Shown: positions 38,601 to 50,600 of the stretch, piece after piece | Layout of the letters: every line of letters begins with the position of its first letter | How positions within the stretch are numbered: the first letter of the stretch is position 1 | From: Chiloscyllium plagiosum | Taxonomy: Eukaryota | DNA length: 64,000 nucleotides | Assembly (NCBI RefSeq): GCF_004010195.1 | Contig: NC_057719.1 | Location: 64,235,218 to 64,299,217, forward strand | Direction of reading: 5' to 3' | The notes under the pieces: generated by a model | The model's input: only the letters and a program-made list of their open reading frames with translations | The model's database searches: none | Told to the model about the DNA's origin: nothing | Position numbers and translations under genes: made by a program

Positions 38601-41600
38601 CCAAGTATGTTAATTCTTTATTCTGTTGAATGTATCGTATTTGTATTGTAGTTTTCCCACCTAACATTTGGTGCTTATTGAAATTTATCTCTACAGATGG
38701 AAGTATGGTACATTTTGCTGTAACAAACGAACAGGAATTTAAGCCTCAAGTCCGACGGCATAATCTTCTACTTCCCATGATGTTGGCTCCACCAGAATCT
38801 CTTCTGATTTCCTGCATCCTGAGAGGAAACTTTGCTCAAGCACATCAGGTAAACTGAATTCGGTTTCCAAGGTGATGCATTAATATTAATTTATAATGTA
38901 TAAGCTGAGCTTTGTAAATAAGACCAAAATGTAAGATGTTGACTTGAAATCAACCATTCTTCTGCTCAGGCTTTTTCCTTTCATTTTGGATATCTCGCAC
39001 ATTTAACTTTTTGTGGAAATTTCTCAGAAGTTATCAAAACCTGATTTTGATGTGATTGTTTTCCTGTATTGTAATTGGTCTCTCTGCTTTCTCCTGTCCA
39101 TAACCCTGGCTGCTCAAAAACATTGTGGATTTGCAATTAAGAATGGTTACTTGAACTGGAGTGCTGTTAGCATGTATTGAATCATGTTCTAGGATGTGTT
39201 ATCAGCATTTTGTTTTAAGGGGCAGCCTTAAGTTAATCAGAGACTTCAAGAGGAACGTTTCTGACATATTTTCTTGATTTATGGAAGTTGTATAGGAAAA
39301 AAATTGGCTAGTTATACTTTTAAATTTGAATATTTTACAAGATATTTCAGCTTATGGTGTTATGTGATTTAAAGCTTTCTGATTGGAAAAGTGATTTTGA
39401 ATTGTGGTAATCAATTAGTTTTCTATCATTTAGTGTTTGAAAGAAAAGTGACTAAAACTGTATGAAAAGGTAGTCCCTATTATTTGAATGGGCATTATTT
39501 GTCACCATCTCTGCATGTTCCTAGCTGTTGAGAAGACATCACCATATTTTTACCTCTTGACATTTTGCATGGATCATTCAAGAATGCCTGTTTATGTCAC
39601 AAATCTTCACAAGAGACCTTGGAGTGCAGGTTCATAGCTCCTTGAAAGTGGAGTCACAGCTAGATAGGATAGTGAAGAAGGCATTTGGTATGCTTTCCTT
39701 TATTGGTCAGAGTATTGAGTACAGGAGTTGAGAGGTCATGTTGCAGCTGTACAGGACATTGGTTAGGCCACTGTTGTGTGCAATTCTGGTCTCCTTCCTA
39801 TCGGAAAGCTGTTGTGAAACTTGAAAGGGTTCAGAAAAGATTTACAAGGGTGTTGCCAGGGTTGGAGGATTTGAGCTATATGGAGAGGCTGAACAGGCTG
39901 GGCTGTTTTCCCTGGAGCGTCGGAGGCTGAGGGGTGACCTTATAGAGGTTTACAAAATTATGAGGGGCATGGATAGAATAAATAGACAAAGTCTTTTCCC
40001 TGGAGTCAGGGAGTCCAGAACTAGAGGGTATAGGTTTAGGGTGAGAGGGGATAGATATAAAAGAGACCTATGGGGCAACTTTCTCACGCAGAAGTTGGTA
40101 CGTGTATGGAATGAGCTGTCAGAGGATGTGGTGGAGGCTGGTACAATTGCAACATTTAAGAGGCATTTGGATGGGTATATGAATAGGCAGGGTTTGGAGT
40201 GATATGGGCTAGGTGCTGTCCAGTTGGAGTAGATTGGGTTGGGTTGGCATGGACAGGTATGACTCTATCTGTGACTCTAATTGTGTTACCTGGCCTGGCG
40301 TGTGAGAACAGGAATATGAAATTCAGCTTGTTGTCATTCAGTTAGGTAACACTCTTGACTCAACCTATGACTGTCATTATTTCTGTAACCTCTGAATTCT
40401 TTGCCGAAGAAAAAAATCTATCCATTTTAGTTTAAGAATTTTTCATTGACCGGGACTCAACAACGTTTTGGGAGATGCAGTCATAAAATATTATCACCCT
40501 CTGTGTGGAAAATGTACTTTTTGACTTCAGATCTGAATGCCTAACACTTGTATTATGGGTCAACCTTCGAGATCAGAGGAAGTGGTCTCTCCATTTATCT
40601 GATCAACTCTTTATCTTAAAGAGCTCAATTGGACCATCCCTTAATCTTCTCATGCACATAGAAAAACAGCCCAATTTAAACAAGATTCGGAGATGCCGGT
40701 GTTGGACTGGGGTGTACAAAGTTAAAAATCACACAACACCAGGTTATAGTCCAACAGGTTTAATTGGAAGCACACTAGCTTTCGGAGCGACGCTCCTTCA
40801 TCAGGTGATTGTGACAATCACCTGATGAAGGAGCGTCGCTCCGAAAGCTAGTGTGCTTCCAATTAAACCTGTTGGATTATAACCTGGTGTTGTGATTTTT
40901 AACAATTTAAACAACTTATCCTCATAGTTTAACCCTTTAACTCTCGGATCATTTTAGTCAATCAGTGCTGCATGTCCACCAGGGTTAACGTACTCTTCCT
41001 AAAATACATTGTCGAGGGGTTAGTCACCTTTGTGTGCCAAGTGGATGGATGGGTCTCTTATGTGTAGTATTTAACTCATCAAGAAAAGACTAAGATATTG
41101 AGAGTCAGTGTATGCCCTTTGGTCTCGGGTGATTTCTTCCTAATTCATTTAGATTGAACAGTTTTTTTGTCCCGTATGTGCAGCCATATCAATGCTTTCT
41201 TTCCTCTGTGATGCTGTTGAACTTTGTATTGGTTAGCTGAATCAGGAAATTTGGTTGCTGATGCATCTGTTGAATTGTTTTCGTTCAGGGTTAGTGGTGG
41301 GGACACAGTATTGCTAGGCTGGAGAAAGGAAAACCCTTATGGGTATTGAGCGAGGGCAATGTTTGGGTTAGTTGTGATTCTACTTCAAAATAATCCATCA
41401 GTTCTTGACAGTGAGGCATGTAGGAAAGATTAACACTTTGACAAATTAGCCTACATGCTGGTGGGATCCTGACTGAACAAAGATTCACTGCTGAGCACAA
41501 TGGAATTAATTCAGTGAGTTGGGATGGTGGTGGGATATTTTGGCTAACTACAACGATTAGTAGTTTTATAGATATCAATGACATGAAAAGATATGGGTAT

Positions 41601-44600
41601 AGTATGGAACAATGATGTTGAGGTGGATGATTAGCCACGAATTAGAATGGTAGAGCAGGCTTGATTTCCCTACTTCTCCTATATATTCATCCTCAGATTT
41701 CTGAGCTCCCTACAAGAACAGAGCAATAACCCAAATAGTAGCTACAATCAGAAGGACAACGTAAGTGAATTAAAAGATGTGCATTTATGTGCTAAGTAAA
41801 ACGGTAATTTGACAATAGAGCTGTTCACATTGTGGTCACTTCGTGCCAGCTGGAATCTTTCTGGCTTGAGTGTTTTTAGGCACATTTGTGTTGGCATAAC
41901 CAATTGTATTATTGTGACATTATTTGCAAATTCATGTAGGAGATAGAAACTGAAGATCACTCCATTGGTGATAAGCTCCTTGAGGGACAAATAACCATTT
42001 ATTGTAGGTTGCAAAGTATATAATAGCTTTAATAGGAAACTGAAATGATCTATGAGGGAAAGAAAGTCTGCCGTTACCTGACCTGTCATGTGTAACTCAA
42101 GTCCTGACCAACTTGTTGAGTCTAACCTAACAAGCCATTCAAGAAAATGATCAAGAAAAACAATGATAGTCCAGAAGATAAATGCCAGTCTTTCTCACCA
42201 CCTGAAAGTGAAGTTCTAAAAGCATTCATCAAACACAGCAGAAAAGTAAATATCATGCCTTCTTGTTCTTCCCTCTCTCCTGTCTTACTCCCTTTCACTT
42301 CTGTTTCACAAATCCCGAACCTTCCTGTCTCAGCTGGCCAGACTTGCTTCACTTCAATACCTATTTAATTTGAAGTTTGAACTTGATCTTGACTCCCCTC
42401 TGAAATGCGACAGATTTATTGACTAATGCTGAAACTGTTATAAATTTTAACAAACTGGAGTTTGCAGTGAATTGTTGCATCAAGTTATGAACAGTGCAAT
42501 GCAATATGTTAGTTATTTATATAAACAGTTAAGGTATTTCAATTTCTCAGAGGTTTGTAGCTATAAGTGTGGCACCGTATTACCATAATATGTCACTTTT
42601 AATCGTTTAGCATAATTGCCTAAGTTAGTGATTGACTGGATTGTCTTTTGCTTTCTTGGCAGGTGGTGTTAATGTTTGAGTTGCAGTCGTCTTACTGCTA
42701 TGCTGAACTGATGTTTATGGAACGATATCAGCAGGTGATCAATGAACTTGCCAAAGTGGAACAGAAAATGGAGAACAAAGGCATAGACAATACCAGTCAC
42801 AAATTAAGTGTTGGAAGATTCACACTTCAAGCAATTGGTGATGCAGCAGCAGCAGGTAACTATTAGGGTTCCCTGAGGTATAACTTTGAACACTGGAATT
42901 TTTAAACACTTTGAAAACATTGTTTTGTTCATAACTTTGAAAGGTGCACATTTTTGTGCACAAATCTTAGGAAATTTTATTTCCTTTCTCAGGCGGCATA
43001 CTTCCTCACTTTGACAGAAGAATCATCATTTCTACATATTGTAAATTACAAGTAGTTTGGCAAACAGTAATGTTCACCCTATTATCATCATCTTATATAG
43101 GTATGGTATTTTATTCCATTTCTGATGTCGTTGAGAAGCTGATTAATTCATCTGAGGTTGCCAACTCAGCATTGCAGGAGAACTTCTGGAAGAGTAAAGT
43201 AAAAACTGAGCCGACCAATCCTCTGCATGAGATTCTGGAGGATCTCAGTGGTCCTGCTATGGCTATATTTGACCTTGCTTGTACCCAGTGCCAATTGTGG
43301 AAAACCTGTAAACAACTCCTAGAAACTGCAGAAAGGAGGCTTATGGCTACTTTTGAGTCGAAAGGTAAGACCTATAGTTTTTAATTGAAACAACAGTTTA
43401 CAAAGGTATTTGGGAGGAAACATTTGATTTCATGAGCTTGCAAATACAGCTATTTTAATGAAAATGTTAGTAATTTGTTGTTGACGGCATTGATTAGATT
43501 TTTTTCCAGACATAGTGCACATTAAGATCGCACCTTCTTTGCAGGTGTTCAGATTCATTTTAAAGTGGCTGTTTTCAAAGTACTCCTCCCATCAAATCAG
43601 AAGAGAGCTCCCATTGGGTACTGTGCAGCACTTTGAATCTCAGCGTAAAGTAAATGTAATTGTTTGGAGTAAACAATATAACCGTACCTTTTTTATTAAA
43701 AAAAACCCTTTCATACCATTGAAGTCAAATACTGATACTTTTGAGTTTTCATGCTTTTCTATTTTCAGTAAATACATACCTAATTAATTAATATTACCTT
43801 TCATTGTATGTCCTGCAGGTAGAAAGATCAATTATGTTCGTCATAATCCAGATGGGATCCAGGGTTTTCCTGCTGTTCTTCAGCGCATGAGCAAAATCCT
43901 GAACTATTCTCTCAGCTCACACGGACAAATCAAAGCCAGTACAGTAACCTTCCTTATCCTTAAGATTATGGAAACGGGCTGAAACTAGCTTCCCTTTTGT
44001 GTGTGTGTGTGTGTGTCTCTCTGATAATTCTTAGCACAGCTTAGTTCAAAGGATTCAATTTGCCTTTCGCTATTTTAACAAAATGAGCCTTGACTGTATA
44101 TGTTGGAATTTATTTAGACCTTGGAGTGATTAAGCCATATCCCTAATATATCTTCAACACTTGCATCTGTGTAATATGCATTGCTGCGTAACTGCAAGAG
44201 TGGGAATCCCTCCTCCCTAATCTAATAATAGAGTGAGAGAGTTGTACAGCACAGAAATAGAACCTTTAGTCCAACTCATTTGTGCCGACCAGGTATCCTA
44301 AACTGATCTAGTACCAATTGCCAGCATTTGGCCCACATCCCTCTAAATCCTCCCTATTCATATACCCATCCAGATGTATTTTAAATGTTGTAATTGTACC
44401 AGCCTCTTCCATCTCCTCTGGCAGCTCGTTCCGTGCACCACCCTCTGCTTGAAAAATGTTGTCCCTCAGGTCCCTTTTAAATCTTTTCCCTCTCACTTTA
44501 AACCTATGCCACCTGCCCATTGGACAGTGTTACCCTGGGAAAAAGACCTTGGCAATTCACCCTATCCATACCCCTCATGATTATAAACTTTTATAAGGTC

Positions 44601-47600
44601 AGTCCTCAGACCTCACACTTTAGGTGAAAAAACCCAGCCTATTCAGCTTCTCTCTATAGTTCAAACTGTCCAATTCAGTTGTACTATGTATAACATTCCT
44701 CAGCCAAAGTTGGCTCATTCTGTGCAAACCAGGGATCAAATAGAGATATTTCTTCTTTCTACGGCTCATTACATTTATAGAGACTCTTATGTTCAAAAAA
44801 GGAGACAGAAAACAGTTATGGTAATGTTCTCCAAGGGAAAATGGTGGAATTTTGTATTAAGAAGGATGTAATGAAGTGCTTAGAAAATCTCAATGGGAGC
44901 AGGCAGACTTAGCATGGTTTTATGAAAGGGAAATCAATTGGCCAATTTATTGAGGTTTTTTGGGGCACTCTGGAAAAAGGGATACATTTGGTTAGTTGTA
45001 CTTACCACATCAAAAGCTACTACGCAGATCTTGGTTTAGCGAGCAAAATAATAGTGTGGATAGAAGATTGGTTACCTAACAGGAAGCAGATTTCGCATAA
45101 ATTAATTCAAAGTTAAATTAAAAAATCAAAATTACTCAATTGGAAGTGTAAATAGTTATAGGATTCAGACAGGAAAATGGAGCTGAGACCATGGTCATAG
45201 TAAATTGTGGAATAAGCTTAAAGGACCAAAAGGCCTACTTCTGCTCCTAAGTCCTATGTTGGTATGGATTATTTTAGGTTTGAAAAGATGTGATGAATGG
45301 AGTGTCACAGGAATTATTGCTGGTGCCTTAACTATTTAGACTTTCTATTATAATCATTTGAATGGAGGACCATAGGAGATAATGAAAACATTTAGAGTAC
45401 GAAAGGAAGTGAATCTGGAGAGTTAATAAATGAAAATAAAGTGATGGCGGATGACCAAGTACTTTTCATTAATCTTCACAATAGAGGACACAAATAATAT
45501 CTTGGAAGCTGCAATAAATCAGGAAATGGAAGGATGGGAGAAAGTCGGGGAAAATTACAGTTACCAGAAAAATGGTGCTGTAGAAATTTTTCGAGCTGTG
45601 AGCTGTCGGGTGCCCTTGCCTTAATGGATGTCATCATGTGTGTAGAATTGGCTAGTGAATCCCCTTGATTCAGGGAGTTAGATTGAAAGATGGAAAATGT
45701 AACTCTTTTATACAAAAGGAGAGGGAAACAGAAAGCTAAAAATTATGAGCTAGTTAGTTTACCATCTATTATCTAGAAAATATTAGAAGCTATAAAAAAC
45801 AAATTAGAGCTGGACAGTTTGATATGCTGTAGATAAAGTATCACCGTGGGCAGCACGGTGGCACAGTGGTTATCACTGCTGCCACACAGCGCCAGAGACC
45901 CGGGTTCAATTCCTGCCTCAGGCAATTGACTGTGTGGAGTTTGCACATTCTCCCCGTGTCTGCGTGGGTTTCCTCTGGGTGCTCCGGTTTCCTCCCACAG
46001 TCCAAAAAATGTGCAGGTCAGGTGAATTGGCCATGCTAAATTGCCCGTAGTGGTAGGTGAAGGGGTAAATGTAGGGGAATGGGCCTGGGTGGGTTGTGCT
46101 TTGGCGGGTCAGTGTGGGCTTGTTGGGCTGAAGGGCCTGTTTCCACACTGTAAGTAATCTAATCTAAACTGGTAGATATACTGTACTTAAGATTTCCAGA
46201 AAGCACCACACGAAAGCACCACACCAAAGCTTATTATGTGTAGGTGAGAATGTGGAGTTTAGGCCAAATTAGATCTTAATAAATGGTAGATCAGGCTCAA
46301 AGGGCTGAATGGTTAACTGCTGCTTCTAATTGTATGTTCATATATTTAACAGATGAGCGACTGTGGAATTGCGTTGTGCTTCACTGTAACTTGATGAAAA
46401 TAGTGCAGTGGAATTGTGGTGCTTGCCTGAGGCTTGACCAGCTTGCTAAAGGCAATGGTCACCCATCATAGTTGAGTGAAAAGTTCAGATGCAAATGCTC
46501 CAATAGGAGCTGCAATTTTTTTAAAAATGTGAGAATTGTTTCCATATGTGGTTGAAATCATTATGGGCACTTGTACAACATAGTGAATAACAGGGTTCTA
46601 ACTAGCAGTAAATTGAGTTGGTTGGGTTTCAGCATTCTGCTTCGCAAATTGTGTAATAGCTGTAGAGAACATTACACAAAAGTTTAACATTTTAATTTGT
46701 GCCTTAACTCAATATGTGCAATCATTCATTTAGTTTTGCAGGTTTTATTGGATATTTGTAAGTGCTATAAAATTAATTGTTGTTAATTTATCACCTAATG
46801 AGCACAGATCTTTGTTGTCTGGTTGTTCTGAAACTGTAGAATGTTTTAGGATAGTTCATCACCTAATGGCAATACCATGTTCTTCGAGTGGTTTCTGAAA
46901 AGAGAAAAAGCTGTGGAATGCATCTGATATTTGCTCATCATTCAAATATTGTCCAATAGCATTTTATCTTTTTTGGCAGAACCTGCTGAGGACAGAGTTG
47001 GCAGCCACCTGAACTGCAGTTTGATAGAGCTCCTACTAGCATGTTACCCTGCACTTTCTGAGGATTGTGTCACTTTACAGCTCAACTTATCAGAGTGCCT
47101 GGAACAGATCACACAAAAACTTCAAACAGCAATGAAGTCTCCTGGTCAGTATCAGAAATAGATACCATCACATCCTTTTCCTGTTCAATTCAGAATAGTT
47201 TTGCACTAATCATGGTGCGTGTACTAAAAGGCGTGAAATTGAAACTCTCAATTCTTGAAAACTCTCCTAACAGGGCAATGTCGCCAAAAAAAAGTCAGTA
47301 ATGTTTATAATTCTTCCATTTTGTTTCAAAAAACAGCCTGATGAAATTACTATGTAGCCCATTTATCAAGTTTCATAAGCCTGATGTGTGAACTTTTAAT
47401 ATTTCTAGCATGCTTTAGTTGTAAAGGATTAGGCATCTTAGCTTAGGGATGTTATTTGTTATGTCAAATGTACTATTTAATCTTGTGGATTAAAGTTATT
47501 GAAATTAGTAATATGAAAAGCAAATAAACTCATATTCCTATTGTTATCAAAGGTAGACAGCTAATTAGCTATAGACTTCTCTCTCTGTTAGAGGGATATC

Positions 47601-50600
47601 GCTTGAATGGCACCATTACACATTACTTTTGAGGCAGGCAAGGAGGTATCTTCCAAGTTTACCTCATTTGGATTGGGAATTGAACCTGAGCAGTTAGTGT
47701 TACTCTGAATCACATACTTAGCAGCCATTTAGACAACTGAGTTAATCAACACCCGTTGTTGTCATGCTCTATATTCTAACCAAGCTTCCTCCTTTCTGTC
47801 TCAATAGTACTGGTAAGAATATCTGATGACATTACTACAAACTTGCAACTAAATTTGATTGCGAGAGGTCAAAGGCCTCAAAATATCCATACCGCAACAG
47901 CTCAATTTAAGGATTTAGCAAAATAATGTACTGAATGCTTGATATATCATTCAGGTTTCAGAGCTTGTTGCAATCCAGTTCATACAAACTGAATTGATCT
48001 GGCATTGTCATGAGTATAATGCTTTCGTGTCGCAAGCAGCTCAATCACAATATCAAGTACAATATTCCTTTTCCCCCAGCAGGTTATATATCTGTTACTG
48101 TTTAATCAGAATTAGACACAAATCAAAATATACTTTAGTACAATTTCATGAGTGTTCTGGAACAACTTTGAGAATTAATTATTTGATCTATTAATTTAGA
48201 AGTTGTCTAATGGATACATTTTTATCCTTATCATTTTACATTCAGGTACATCAGCTTAACTTCACTCATCTGAATTGTGATATCGTGCGGATAACATCAT
48301 ATCCAAGAACATTTCTAAACTAACAAACTAAAACTTGGGCAGATTAATGTTGAAGAAATATTTTAATTTAATAAAGCTTTTTGCAAGCATTGATGAGGGA
48401 GATTTTCCTTTCAGTTGTGAACAACTGTAACTGTAATGGTAAACATATGGATGAAAGTGGAATAGTGTAGGATAGATAGACTTCAGATTGGTTCCACAGG
48501 TCCACGCAACATAGATGGCCAAAGAGCCTGTACTATGCTGTAATGTTTTACGTTATAACTCTTCAGTAAGGTCACTAACCTTTTCAATTGTGTAACAGTT
48601 TGTGTACTGGTATTGTACTACGACATTTTAATATTTTTTCTTCAAATGTAGCTTTCTTTGCATAAATTATCTATAAAGTTCAATGCAGGTCATAATGAAT
48701 ATTCCTGTGGCTATGAAAAAAACTGTTTTCTATTTTAGATCTAAAAGGAAATATACTCAATTGCTTGGAACAAACAAGTTCTCGATCTCAAGATCCAGAA
48801 GGCCACACCATCCAAAACCATATGAAGCAACTATTGAAAAACCTAGATCAGCACATTCATGATGTGATAGATAAAGACCAGACAAGAGCAGACTATGTGC
48901 GAAGCATATTTGACTACATTAACACATTTTCAGCTGTGCTCGTTCGAAGTATGAATCGAGATATGGGTATGACATGTCACAAATTGATTGCATAGAATCA
49001 TAGGGATGTACAGCACGGAAATTGACCCTTTGGTCCAACTTGTCCATGCTGACCAGATATCCTAAATTAATCTAGTCCCATTTGCCAACATTTGGCCCAT
49101 GTCCCTCTAAACCTTTCCTATTCATGTACCCATCCAGATGCCTTTTAAATATTGTAATTGTACCAGCCTCCACCACTTCCGCTGGCAGCTCATTCCATAC
49201 ATGCACCACATTCTGCATGAAAATCTTGCCCCTTAAGTCCCTTTTAAATTGTTCCTCTCTCCTAAATCTATGCCCTCTAGTTCTGGACTCCCCCACTCCA
49301 GGCAAAAGACTGTCTATTTACTCTATCCATGCCCCTCATGGTTGTATAAACGACCTCTATAAGGTCACCCCCTAGCCTCTGATGCTCCAGGGAAAACGGC
49401 TCCAGCTTATTCAGTTGTTTCATTTAGCTGAAACTCTCCAACACTGACAACATCCGTGTAAATCTTTTCTGAACCCTTTCAAATTTCACAACATCCTTCC
49501 TATAGGAGGGAGACCAGAATTGAACACAGTATTCCAACAGTGGCCTAACCAATGTCCTGTACAGCGGCAACATGACCTCCTAACACCTATTCTCAATGCA
49601 CTAATCGATAAGGGCTAGCATACCAAACTCCTCCTCCATTATCCTGGTGGGCAGCACGGTGGCACAGTGGTTAGCACTGCTGCCTCACAGCGCCAGAGAC
49701 CCGGGTTCAATTCCCGACTCAGGCGACTGACTGTGTGGAGTTTGCACGTTCTCCCCGTGTCTGCGTGGGTTTCCTCCGGGTGCTCCGGTTTCCTCCCACA
49801 GTCACAAAGATGTGCAGGGTCAGGTGAATTGGCCACGCTAAATTGCCCATAGTGTTAGGTTAAAGGGGTAAATGTAGGGGTAGGGGTATGGGTGGGTTGC
49901 GCTTCGGCGGGTCAGTGTGGACTTGTTGGGCCGAAGGGCCTGTTTCCACCCTGTAAGTAATCTAATCTAATCTATCCTATCTACCTGTGACTCCACTTTC
50001 AAGGAATTATGAACCTGCACTCCAAGGTCTCTTTGTTCAGCAATACTCCGAGGACCTTATCATTAAGTGTATAAGTCCTACCCTGATTTGTGCGACCAAA
50101 ATGCAGCACCTCACATTTATCTAAATTAAGCTCCATCTGTCACTCCATGGACCATCTGATCACATCTATATGCATTTAAATTTGTTTTTAAAGTAATTCA
50201 GTAACTGATTGTTTTAAAAAATCAACAATCAAATTAAATGGAAAGGCTGGCATAGATGCAAGTTTTAACAGGAAGGAGAGAGGAAAATTACTTTGTATGC
50301 TTTAGAAAGCCAGGAGAAAGTGAGGACTGCTGATGCTGAAGATTTCAGAGTCGAGAGTGTGGTGTTGGAAAAGCACAGCAGGTGAGGCAGCATCCGAGGA
50401 GCAGGAGAATCGACGTTTCGGGCAAAAGCCCTCCATCAGGAATTTCTGATGAAGGGCTTTTGCCCCAAATGTCGATTCTCCTGCTTCTCGGATGCTGCCT
50501 GACCTGCTGTGCTTTTCCAGCACCACACTGTCTACTTTATAATGCCAGCCAGCTGACTTGATGATGAGTGTATGGTTGTGAAGTTGACATCGTTGTTTTT

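Noticed and set aside
40721..40903. Palindromes read as DNA-transposon MITEs or pre-miRNAs
   Set aside because: One-sided tail, variable centre, 9-13 bp TSDs, hammerhead cores and (for family B) linkage to a PLE ORF fit retroelement origin better. miRNA production cannot be judged from sequence.
43944..43951. GTAACCTT as a U12-type donor
   Set aside because: Mismatch to GTATCCTT, no TCCTTAAC branch site near the exon 18 acceptor, and wrong phase.
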